Shown here: in pieces, positions 35,114 through 43,644 of the stretch
Position numbering within the stretch: the stretch's first letter is position 1
Layout: each line of letters begins with the position of its first letter
Source of the DNA: Vicinamibacterales bacterium
GTDB lineage: Bacteria > Acidobacteriota > Vicinamibacteria > Vicinamibacterales > UBA2999
NCBI GenBank assembly: GCA_050747925.1
Contig: JBOGIV010000174.1
Span: 1 to 51,529 of the forward strand
Length of the DNA: 51,529 bases
Reading direction: 5' to 3'
Made by a program: the position numbers and the translations under genes
Notes under the pieces: generated by a model
Told to the model about the DNA's origin: nothing
The model's input: the letters and a program-made list of their open reading frames with translations, nothing else
The model's database searches: none

Positions 35114-38100
35114 TTACCAGCGGAAGCGCGCGACGAGCGAGACCACGCGGGCGGTCTCGGCCCCTGTCAGCGTCGTCACATCGTAGTCGTCGGGATTGGC
35201 GCCGTTGGCGCGGTTGTTGGCGTTGTTGGTCGTGACGCCGTTCACCATTCCGCTCACCGGCACGAAGTTGACGTTGTTGAATGCGTTCAACACATCGATG
35301 CGGAACTCGGCGCTGGCCTGGCCGACAAACCGCACGCGCTTGGCGACGCCGATGTCGAACTGCTTGATCATCGGGCCCGTCAACACGACGTTGCGCAAAC
35401 CGCAGTCGCCGTAGCCACGAACCGTCTCGATGCATTCGAAGCTGTCGGCGGGCGCGATGTATCTGCCGCTCGGCGGCCCCAGCGTGCCGTAGCCGGTGGC
35501 CGACACCGGGTCCACACTGAACGCCTTCACGCTCTCGTCGATGATCTCCGGCGGCAGCATCCACACTCGGCGCTGGGCGTCGATGCGGACCTTGTACATC
35601 TTCGACAACTCCTTCACGGTCGTCCCGACCAGTTTGACGTTGCCGAGATTCACGAGCTGCCCGCTCTGTACGCGCACGCCACTCGCCACCTGCCAACCGC
35701 CGATGACGCGATCGACCAACGTGCTCGCATTGCTGCCGAACCGTTTGCCCTGTCCAAATGGCAGCTCGTACACGAGATTCCCTTTTAACGCATGCGTGAC
35801 GTCGCCTTCCGCGCCGTCGTTGCGGACAAATGGACTCTCCCGTCGAAGCGAGAAGAACCGCGTGAGGTCGGCGTTGCCGAACACGTAGCTGGTCTGGAAC
35901 GCCAGCCCGCTGACACTGCGACGTTTGAACTCCAGTGCCATGCTGTGATAGCGCGAACGCTCCTCGTTCTCGACGATGTTGGCGCCGCCGGTCAGATCCG
36001 GGTTGGTGAGGATGAAGTTGCGCGGGAGCCCCGCCGCGATCGCTCGATTGATCGAGGCGGCATCGGCGTCCAGCGCATCGACGGCGGCGTATGGGTTGGG
36101 GTTCCTCCTGGCGAGCGGCGTCAGGAATGTCGAGCTCCGGAAGTTTGCCGATGTGTACAGCGACGCGTCACCGGCCCGATCTCGCGGTACACCGTTGAAG
36201 TACGCGAGGAAGATCGGCAGAGGCGAGGTTCCGGTACCAGGACCGGCATAGGCGAACGTCGCTCCACGGCCCGCCGCACCGTTCGCCTGCAGGTTGTTCA
36301 TCGCGAGCTTGAACTCATCGAGAAAGCCGTTCTCGATGATGTTCAGCTCGTTGTAGTCATTCGTACGCCAGCCGCCCTCCGAGCGGGAGCCCTGGTACCT
36401 CACCTCCACCGACATCGTCCGGCCGATGGCGCGCGTGACACCAGCCTGCCATGTCTCGGCCTGCGGAACCACCAAATCGGGACTGAAGATGGTGATGTCG
36501 CCGTTGCTGACTTCGGTATACGGAAAGACCGGCGTCGACGGGAAGGCCGCCGGACTCAGGCGGCTTGCGTCGCGCATCAGCAGCGGCAACGGACCAAGAT
36601 TGGCGAGCTGCAGCTGTCGGAACACGTTGAGCGACACACCGGGGTTGTTCGCAACTTGCCCTGTGAAGTTCGTCAGCCCGTTGCGTGAAAACGACATTGA
36701 GTACCCGGCACGAACCGCCAAGTCTCCCGTGTCACCTGTGACCTTGGAAAGGAACCCGTTGTCGACGCTCGGCGTCCAGGCGAAGCCGATACTTGGTGCG
36801 AGGTTGTTCCAATCCATCGGATACGCCCGTTCACCCTCCGTCAATTGGCGGAATGTCGGGAGCTTGCCTGTCAATGTTCCCGGTTTAAAGACGTTATCGA
36901 CGCCGGAGACTCCGAACACATCAGCGTAGTCGCCAATCGAGTAGCTGTTGTTCAGCGCCGCAAACGGCAGCTGGACGTCGTAGCGGACCCCGTAGTTGAG
37001 CGTCAGATTCGAGCGCATGCGCCAGGCGTCCTGGAGCCAGAAGCCCATCGCCGTTTGCCGCGCCCGCTGCACTCCCAGCCCGAGGTACTCGTACTGCCCG
37101 TTCGCCTCGTTCAATCGGGCGATCCCGCGAACTTCGCTGACCCGACCAGTGAGAATGGCGTAGAGCCGCCGCGCGTTGGTCAGGTTCGTCGTCGAGGCGC
37201 CCGGAAAATTCGCGGCGACAAACAGCCCGTCTGCCGGGTCGCCTTGGACCACGTCGAATCGCAGCTCGGGTATGACCTGCTGATTCTTCGCCCAATAGTC
37301 GAACTGTGAGAACAATCCCCCCATGTTGATGCTGTGCGAGCCCTTCTGCCAGTTGAGCGTGTTCTCGATGGTTCGATGGTAGGCATCGCGCGCCGATGGC
37401 GTGCCGGCCGCGCCCGCGTTGGTGAGCGGCGAGAGCGTGTTGTTCATGTTGAGATGGAACCCGCCTTGGTTGGCCACGCTCCCGCTCCATAACGATGGAA
37501 CGAAGTCCTTGAAGCTGAAGTCGATGGGCGCGCCGCCATACCCGAAGCGCAGCTCGTTGACGAGGCTCGCGCCAAACATCGACCGCAGCCACGTGCTCCA
37601 GGCCTTACGATCGGACTGCTGCGAGCCGACGACCGGGAAGCCGGGAAAAAACTGGTCACGATTGTTCGTCGTGTCCGGGCCACCCCTCGAGTAGTGATAG
37701 TTCATCGAGTAGGTCGCGCGATGTCGATCGGTAATCTGGTAATCGAGGCGGACGGTCGGATAGCGGCTCAGGGTAGTCGTCGGCACCTGGAACGAGTACT
37801 CCTGAAACAGCGGATCGGTGAGGTCCCTGACGGTTCCTTCTTTGCCAGTGGCGTTGCGGATGTCGGCGAGCAATTGCGCAGCGATCGGGTCGGGCGTCGA
37901 GGTTTGACCAGCCGCCGCGGCCAGCTGGAACAGGTTGACCTCTCGCACGCCGCCCGCCGTGTTGTAGCGAAAGAGGCCCTGCTGCGCCTCTCGGGTCAGG
38001 ATGGTTCGGGTTCGTCGCGTCGCCGCAGGTTGCCTGAGTTCTTCGTAGTTCACGAAGAAGAACGCCCTGTTTCGGCCATTGAAGCGCGGCAGGACGATCG

Positions 38101-38968
38101 GGCCGCCGACGTTGATACCAGGTTGATTCCGGAGTAGTTCGGCTTTCGGGATGCCATCCCGCTTGTTGAACCAGTTGTTCGCGTTCAGCTCGTCACTCCG
38201 ATAGGTATGGAACACGCTGCCGCGGAATTGATTGGTGCCCGACCTGGTGACGTACCGAATCTGCGTGGCGCCCATCCCATTGGCGTCAGCTCCGCTTGCC
38301 GCCGAGGAGAACGTAATCTCCTCGATCGCATCCAACCGCGGGTTGACGATCGCGAAGAAGCCATCGGTCGTCTTGAGCGTGTTGTCCTGAATGTTGACGC
38401 CGTCGAGCGTCATGTTGATCGTGCCCTGAGGCAGACCCATGATGATGGAGTCGCGGCCACCGCCGGCGGTTTGAACCCCCGGCAGGCCGACAATCAGATC
38501 GGCGGCGGATCGGCTCGAGAGCGGCAGGTTCGCGACCTCGCGCGCGTTGAGCGTCGTCGATACCGTGGCCGTCTGTGTCTGGATGAGCTCAGAGTTCGAC
38601 TGCACGACAATCGACTCGGTGAGGACGCCGATTTCGAGGGTCGCGCGCAGGCTGGCCGGAACCCCCGCGTTGACGACCACATTGTTCAGGATGAACGACT
38701 TGAAGCCTTCCAGTGAGACCGTGACCGTGTAGGTCCCGGTGACGACTGATGGGACGGAAAACACGCCACGATCGGACGTGAAGGTGTTGAACGTCTCACC
38801 GGTGCCGTTGTTTCGGACCACAACCGTGGCCCCCGGGACCAACTGTTGGTCCGAATCGACCACCACCCCCGTAATGGACGCCGTCGAAGCGCCCTGGGCA
38901 AACGCACCAACGCCGATGGAGACAGCCAACAGCACCGTGGCGACAGAGGTCACGCGTCGTTGTTTCAT
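35114..38968 (-). CDS. TonB-dependent receptor, Oar-like (CarboxypepD_reg N-terminal domain)
   Basis: The start is taken at MKQRRVTSVATVLLAVSIGVGAFAQ (cat at 38966-38968). ITGVVVDSDQQLVPGATVVVRNNGTGETFNTFTSDRGVFSVPSVVTGTYTVTVSLEGFKS is the CarboxypepD_reg-like part. It is followed by plug-like and very long barrel regions. The C-terminal aromatic end is ARFRW. Confidence 0.85.
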   Translation of the reverse strand: MKQRRVTSVATVLLAVSIGVGAFAQGASTASITGVVVDSDQQLVPGATVVVRNNGTGETFNTFTSDRGVFSVPSVVTGTYTVTVSLEGFKSFILNNVVVNAGVPASLRATLEIGVLTESIVVQSNSELIQTQTATVSTTLNAREVANLPLSSRSAADLIVGLPGVQTAGGGRDSIIMGLPQGTINMTLDGVNIQDNTLKTTDGFFAIVNPRLDAIEEITFSSAASGADANGMGATQIRYVTRSGTNQFRGSVFHTYRSDELNANNWFNKRDGIPKAELLRNQPGINVGGPIVLPRFNGRNRAFFFVNYEELRQPAATRRTRTILTREAQQGLFRYNTAGGVREVNLFQLAAAAGQTSTPDPIAAQLLADIRNATGKEGTVRDLTDPLFQEYSFQVPTTTLSRYPTVRLDYQITDRHRATYSMNYHYSRGGPDTTNNRDQFFPGFPVVGSQQSDRKAWSTWLRSMFGASLVNELRFGYGGAPIDFSFKDFVPSLWSGSVANQGGFHLNMNNTLSPLTNAGAAGTPSARDAYHRTIENTLNWQKGSHSINMGGLFSQFDYWAKNQQVIPELRFDVVQGDPADGLFVAANFPGASTTNLTNARRLYAILTGRVSEVRGIARLNEANGQYEYLGLGVQRARQTAMGFWLQDAWRMRSNLTLNYGVRYDVQLPFAALNNSYSIGDYADVFGVSGVDNVFKPGTLTGKLPTFRQLTEGERAYPMDWNNLAPSIGFAWTPSVDNGFLSKVTGDTGDLAVRAGYSMSFSRNGLTNFTGQVANNPGVSLNVFRQLQLANLGPLPLLMRDASRLSPAAFPSTPVFPYTEVSNGDITIFSPDLVVPQAETWQAGVTRAIGRTMSVEVRYQGSRSEGGWRTNDYNELNIIENGFLDEFKLAMNNLQANGAAGRGATFAYAGPGTGTSPLPIFLAYFNGVPRDRAGDASLYTSANFRSSTFLTPLARRNPNPYAAVDALDADAASINRAIAAGLPRNFILTNPDLTGGANIVENEERSRYHSMALEFKRRSVSGLAFQTSYVFGNADLTRFFSLRRESPFVRNDGAEGDVTHALKGNLVYELPFGQGKRFGSNASTLVDRVIGGWQVASGVRVQSGQLVNLGNVKLVGTTVKELSKMYKVRIDAQRRVWMLPPEIIDESVKAFSVDPVSATGYGTLGPPSGRYIAPADSFECIETVRGYGDCGLRNVVLTGPMIKQFDIGVAKRVRFVGQASAEFRIDVLNAFNNVNFVPVSGMVNGVTTNNANNRANGANPDDYDVTTLTGAETARVVSLVARFRW

Positions 38969-39158
38969 ACCACGCTCCTGTAAGGTTTCAACTGCAAGAC
39001 ACAAGTGCTCAGAAGCTAAGCGGTTGGGACGGTTGCGTCAAGCAGAGTTTGCACTGACGACAGGCAGAATGCAGAAGGCACTTGGCACGACGTCGGTAGC
39101 GACAAGCGATGTTCGCACCAATGGTTACGACGGCTTGGCAGTGCCACAATAGGGCGCC

Positions 39159-41081
39159 ATGTCGTCCCGAGGCTCAGTTACGGTTCTGTTGCTGACAGTC
39201 GCACTTGCCCAGTCGCCCGTGGGGGGAGCGTCTCAGACTCGAAGTCGAACCCCACCACTGGCAACCCAGGTGCCGCTGTTCGAAGTCGTCGAACAATCCA
39301 TCCTCGACCTTCAGGCCGCTCAGACCGCGGGACGGGTGATGTCCCGTGGGCTGGTCGAATCGTACCTCGCGCGTATTGCCGCCTACGATCAGGCCGGGCC
39401 GCAGCTGAACGCGATCGTCATTCTCAACCCGCGCGCGAGGGAGGATGCCGATGCACTCGACCGCGAGCGTGCGGCCAAGGGCCCACGAGGGCCGTTGCAT
39501 GGCATTCCCGTCCTCGTCAAGGACAACTACGACACCGCCGACATGCCGACCACGGCCGGCGCCCTCGGCCTGGCAACACTGCGGCCGAAGACGGACGCCT
39601 TTCAGGTGAAACGGCTGCGGGACGCAGGCGCTGTGATCCTTGGCAAGACCACCATGCACGAGCTCGCCGCCGGCATCACGACGATCTCCTCGCTGACCGG
39701 CCAGACGCGTAACCCTTATGACCTCGCGCGCGTGCCCGGCGGATCGAGCGGCGGTACAGGTGCGGCGATCGGGGCGAGCTTTGCGGCGGCGGGAATGGGG
39801 AGCGATACCTGCGGCTCGATTCGAATCCCCGCGTCGAATCAGAACCTCGTGGGTCTGCGAGCGACGAGGGGCCTGTCGAGCCGGACTGGCGTCGTGCCGC
39901 TTTCTTCCACGCAGGACGTGGCCGGCCCGCTCGCCCGGACGGTGACCGACCTGGCGATCATGCTGGACGCCACGGTGGGACCTGATCCAGCAGACCCGGT
40001 GACCGTCGGCGCTGCCGCTCATGTCCCGAAATCCTATCGAGATGGACTCAAAGGTGATGGGCTCAAAGGGGCTCGCATCGGCATTCTGAGGTCGCTCTTT
40101 GGCAGCGCCGGCGAGGACGAGGAAGTGGGCGGGATCGTTCGCAAGGCGCTCGACGGCATGAAGGCTCAGGGCGCTGAAGTCATCGACGTCTCGGTACCGG
40201 GCCTGGACGACCTGCTTCGCGATAGCAGCGTCATCAACGACGAATTCAAGTTCGACCTGGCCGACTATCTGGCGCGCGTCCCCGATGCGCCGGTCAAGTC
40301 GCTTGGCGAGATCATCGATCGCGGACTGCACCATGAGGCGCTCGACCAGAGCTTCCGGCTCCGGAACGCCCCAGAGAAACGAGAGACCGAACATTATCGC
40401 CAGGCCTTAATCAAGCGGCGCGCGCTGCGCGAAGCGGTGCTGGCGACGCTCGAAGAGCAGCGCGTCGAAGCGCTCGCCTACCCCACGCTGCGCCGAAAGC
40501 CAGCGCTCATCGGCGAAGCCCAACTCGGCAGCAATTGCCAGCTCAGCGCCGCCACGGGTCTGCCCACCATTGCGATGCCTGCAGGATTCAGCACCGATGG
40601 TGTTCCCGTTGGCCTCGAATTGCTCGGACCCGCCTTTTCCGAAGGCCCTCTGCTTCGCCTGGCCTATGCGTGGGAACAGGGAACGCGTCCACGAGTGGCG
40701 CCGTTTAGTACTCCGGCGCTCGTCAACGGCGCCGCGCCGGCGCCTCACCGTGTGGAAACCATCGTCAAGGCGGCGACCTCTACCGCGAACGCGCGCGTAT
40801 CGTTCACCTACGACCGCACGACTGGAGTCGTGCGCTACGACGCATCGACGAGCGGCCTCGCCGATGATCGAATCATCGCCCTCACACTGCAACGAACTGA
40901 TGGAGAAAAACCCGGGGCGATCGTCGCGCACCTGCTGAAGCCTGGGCAGGTATCGGGCAGCGGAACGCTGACCCTCCGCGGCCGAACCCGCGAGGACTTT
41001 GTCGCCGGGAAGATGTACGTGCACTTCTACACCGAGCGCGCGCCGCTTGGCGTGGGCCGGACCCGCGTCGAGCTTCGGTAG
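39159..41081 (+). CDS. Secreted amidase (amidase-signature family) with extra C-terminal beta-rich domain
   Basis: It has a signal peptide. The AS motifs are GIPVLVKDNYDT and GGSSGGTGAAIGA..GSDTCGSIRIPA. About 120 extra C-terminal residues resemble a CHRD-like module (weak). Confidence 0.85.
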   Translation: MSSRGSVTVLLLTVALAQSPVGGASQTRSRTPPLATQVPLFEVVEQSILDLQAAQTAGRVMSRGLVESYLARIAAYDQAGPQLNAIVILNPRAREDADALDRERAAKGPRGPLHGIPVLVKDNYDTADMPTTAGALGLATLRPKTDAFQVKRLRDAGAVILGKTTMHELAAGITTISSLTGQTRNPYDLARVPGGSSGGTGAAIGASFAAAGMGSDTCGSIRIPASNQNLVGLRATRGLSSRTGVVPLSSTQDVAGPLARTVTDLAIMLDATVGPDPADPVTVGAAAHVPKSYRDGLKGDGLKGARIGILRSLFGSAGEDEEVGGIVRKALDGMKAQGAEVIDVSVPGLDDLLRDSSVINDEFKFDLADYLARVPDAPVKSLGEIIDRGLHHEALDQSFRLRNAPEKRETEHYRQALIKRRALREAVLATLEEQRVEALAYPTLRRKPALIGEAQLGSNCQLSAATGLPTIAMPAGFSTDGVPVGLELLGPAFSEGPLLRLAYAWEQGTRPRVAPFSTPALVNGAAPAPHRVETIVKAATSTANARVSFTYDRTTGVVRYDASTSGLADDRIIALTLQRTDGEKPGAIVAHLLKPGQVSGSGTLTLRGRTREDFVAGKMYVHFYTERAPLGVGRTRVELR

Positions 41082-41088
41082 AGGAGCC

Positions 41089-42099
41089 ATGCAACTGGGA
41101 ATGATTGGCCTCGGTCGAATGGGGGCGAACATGGTTCGCCGCCTGCTCCGCGCTGACCATCGTGTCGTCGCTCACGATCGATCTTCGGCGGCCGTTGACG
41201 CGTTGGCCAAGGAAGGAGCGACAAGCGCGACCGATCTCGCGGGACTGGTCGGTTCGCTCGATCGGCCTCGAACCATCTGCCTGATGTTACCGGTCGCGGT
41301 CGTCGAGGCCACGATCAACGACCTGGTGCCGCTGCTCGATCGAGACGACACCATCATCGACGGCGGCAATACGCACTATCACGACGACATTCGCCGTGCG
41401 AAGACGCTGTCGGCGGCCGGTCTTCACTACATCGACATGGGCACGAGCGGTGGCGTGTGGGGGTTGGAGCGCGGCTACTGCTTGATGATCGGCGGCGAGG
41501 CGGCCACTGTGGAGCGACTCGATCCGATGTTTGCGGCGCTGGCTCCTGGCCGCGGGCACGTCGAAGCGACGTCCGGACGAGAAGGACGGGGTGGCACCGC
41601 CGAGCTTGGCTATTTTCATTGCGGTCCTGCGGGGGCGGGCCACTTCGTCAAGATGGTGCACAACGGCATCGAGTATGGACTGATGGCGGCCTATGCGGAG
41701 GGTCTCAACATCCTGAAGCATGCCAACATCGGCGCACGCTCGCATGAGGTCGATGCCGAAACGACACCGCTGCGACATCCCGAGCACTTTCAGTACGAGT
41801 TCGACCTCGCCGACATCACCGAGCTCTGGCGCCGAGGCAGCGTCATCTCATCGTGGCTTCTGGATCTCACCGCAGCCGCGCTGGCGAGCGACTCGGGACT
41901 CGAACGCTTTGAAGGACGAGTGGCTGACTCGGGAGAGGGCCGTTGGACGATTGCTGCCGCCAGTGATGAGGGCGTGCCGGCTCACGTGCTGACGGCGGCG
42001 CTCTTCGAGCGCTTCGCCTCACGAGGGGAAGACGACTTCCAGAATCGCGTGTTGTCGGCGATGCGTTTTGCGTTTGGAGGGCACGCAGAGAAAAAATAA
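41089..42099 (+). CDS. gnd: 6-phosphogluconate dehydrogenase, decarboxylating (short Gnd/YqeC type)
   Basis: The ATG at 41089 is preceded by gaggag. Motifs are MQLGMIGLGRMGANMVRRL (NAD(P) fold), IIDGGNTHY and GTSGGVWGLERGYCLMIGG. Confidence 0.85.
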   Translation: MQLGMIGLGRMGANMVRRLLRADHRVVAHDRSSAAVDALAKEGATSATDLAGLVGSLDRPRTICLMLPVAVVEATINDLVPLLDRDDTIIDGGNTHYHDDIRRAKTLSAAGLHYIDMGTSGGVWGLERGYCLMIGGEAATVERLDPMFAALAPGRGHVEATSGREGRGGTAELGYFHCGPAGAGHFVKMVHNGIEYGLMAAYAEGLNILKHANIGARSHEVDAETTPLRHPEHFQYEFDLADITELWRRGSVISSWLLDLTAAALASDSGLERFEGRVADSGEGRWTIAAASDEGVPAHVLTAALFERFASRGEDDFQNRVLSAMRFAFGGHAEKK

Positions 42100-42196
42100 A
42101 GTTCCAACGTTCCAGAGTGCCAAGGTTCCAAGGTTCGAGGTTCTGTTTGTAGAACCGTGGAACTCTGGAACCGTGGAACTTTGGAACCCTGGAACC
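42100..42196. repeat. GTTCCA / TGGAAC palindromic repeat block filling the gnd-zwf spacer
   Basis: The left arm has GTTCCA at 42101, 42109 and 42125, plus GGTTCGA and GGTTCTG. The right arm has TAGAACC at 42150 and TGGAAC at 42158, 42166, 42174, 42182 and 42190. The symmetry centre is near 42146-42149. The block spans exactly from the gnd stop to the zwf stop. Confidence 0.8.
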
Positions 42197-43576
42197 CTAC
42201 TGCGGCGTATTCCACCCACCGATCGGCGCGACCAGTCGGTCGGCCTGAGGCGGCCCCCACGAGTCTGGCTCGTACTCGAACAACTCCGCCTTCGCGTGCA
42301 GCAGTGGATCGACGATCTCCCATGCCGCCTCGACGACGTCCTGGCGAGCGAAGAGTGTGGCTTCGCCGTTGATCGCATCGCCGAGCAGCCGCTCGTACGC
42401 GCTCATGTCGTCGACGCTCGGCTGGCGCATCACTGAAAGCTCGACCGGCTGCCCCGCCATGCGCTCACCCGCCCGCTTGACCCGGGCGCCAATCGCGATT
42501 TCCATGTCGGGCCCGAGCCGGAAGCGTACGTAGTTCCCCATCGCCGGCAGCGCTTCGCGGAAGACAATCGGCGGCGCTTGCTTGAGCTCGACCAGCACTT
42601 CAGTGCATGTCGTCCTCAATCGCTTGCCGGCTCGCACGTAGAACGGCACGTCCAACCACCGCCAGGAGTCAATCCACAGGCGCAGCGCCGCGTAGGTCGG
42701 GACCTCCGAGTGCGGCGCGACATCGGGTTCGTCCCGATAGCCGCGGTATTGACCCAGGACCAGATCGTGCGCGTCCATTGGCCGCACCGTCCGCAGCACC
42801 TTGGCTTGCTCGTCGCGAATGGCCTCGGCGATGGTGCTCGACGGCGCCTCCATCCCCAGGAAGCCGACGATCTGGAGCAAGTGGTTCTGAATCACGTCGC
42901 GGATGACGCCTGTCTCCTCGTACGTCTTCCCTCGCCCCTTGATGGCGAAATCCTCGGCCAACGTGATCTGCACGTTCTCGACGTAGTGCCGGTTCCAGAT
43001 GGGTTCGAGAAACGCATTGGCGAACCGGAAGTAGAGGATGTTCTGAACCGCTTCCTTGCCCAGGTAGTGATCGATGCGGAAGATGTTCGGCTCCGCGATG
43101 TATTTGTGCAGCGTCTCGTTGAGCGATCGCGCCGACGCCAGGTCGCGGCCAAACGGCTTCTCGACGATGACCCGCGAGCTCTCGGTGAGCCCGGCACCCG
43201 CCAGGTGCTTGACGACCACGGGAAACATGCTGGGTGGAATGGCCAGAAAATGGACGGGGCGTTGAGCGTTCTTCAGATCGGTGCGAATCCGATCGAATGT
43301 CTCAGGAAGGTTGTAATCCCCGTCGATGTGGCAGAGGTGAGACGCCAGAATGCTGAACGCCGCCTCGTTGTACCCTCCATGCTCGGTGACACTCGCCTTC
43401 GCGCGTTCAATCAGTTGCTTGGTGTTCCATCCCGATCGCCCGATGCCCACCACCGGCATGTTGAGTCGGCCGCGCCGCGCCATCGCCAGCAGGGCGGGAA
43501 AGACCTTCTTGTAGGCCAGGTCCCCGGAAGCGCCAAAGAACACGAACGCATCTGAACGTTCAGCGTTGCCCCCCAT
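42197..43576 (-). CDS. zwf: Glucose-6-phosphate 1-dehydrogenase
   Basis: Motifs are [19 protein letters not shown], the active-site block RIDHYLGKE and IQNHLLQ. ATG at 43574-43576. The track begins one codon earlier, at a GTG. Confidence 0.9.
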   Translation of the reverse strand: MGGNAERSDAFVFFGASGDLAYKKVFPALLAMARRGRLNMPVVGIGRSGWNTKQLIERAKASVTEHGGYNEAAFSILASHLCHIDGDYNLPETFDRIRTDLKNAQRPVHFLAIPPSMFPVVVKHLAGAGLTESSRVIVEKPFGRDLASARSLNETLHKYIAEPNIFRIDHYLGKEAVQNILYFRFANAFLEPIWNRHYVENVQITLAEDFAIKGRGKTYEETGVIRDVIQNHLLQIVGFLGMEAPSSTIAEAIRDEQAKVLRTVRPMDAHDLVLGQYRGYRDEPDVAPHSEVPTYAALRLWIDSWRWLDVPFYVRAGKRLRTTCTEVLVELKQAPPIVFREALPAMGNYVRFRLGPDMEIAIGARVKRAGERMAGQPVELSVMRQPSVDDMSAYERLLGDAINGEATLFARQDVVEAAWEIVDPLLHAKAELFEYEPDSWGPPQADRLVAPIGGWNTPQ

Positions 43577-43598
43577 CACCTCTCTCGTTTCCGCCCCC

Positions 43599-43644
43599 TA
43601 CCCGGCCTACCCGGCCTACCCGGCCTACCCGGCCTTACCCGGCC
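43599..43644. repeat. 9-mer tandem repeat TACCCGGCC x5
   Basis: Four exact units start at 43599, 43608, 43617 and 43626. A fifth has one extra T (43635-43644). The array lies between the S9 peptidase stop and the zwf start. Confidence 0.85.

Noticed and set aside
39083-39100. A sigma-54-like TGGCAC element upstream of the amidase.
   Set aside because: The downstream element at the required spacing reads CGGT rather than TTGC. The GG-N10-GC geometry is not met.
39174-40394. A 406-aa minus-strand ORF antisense to the amidase. Similar cases occur at 33490-34785, 13719-14672, 42578-43555, 28017-28889 and 28781-29650.
   Set aside because: In every case the opposite strand carries a motif-rich, family-assignable gene, and these ORFs have no motifs and skewed composition.
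42132-42138. A ggttcga T-loop-like motif suggesting a tRNA in the gnd/zwf spacer.
   Set aside because: No acceptor, D or anticodon arms can be drawn. The motif is one unit of the GTTCCA/TGGAAC repeat block.
41089-43576. The convergent gnd and zwf genes as an unusual pentose-phosphate arrangement.
   Set aside because: Both are ordinary housekeeping enzymes with intact motifs. Only the repeat-filled spacer between them is notable, and it is reported separately.
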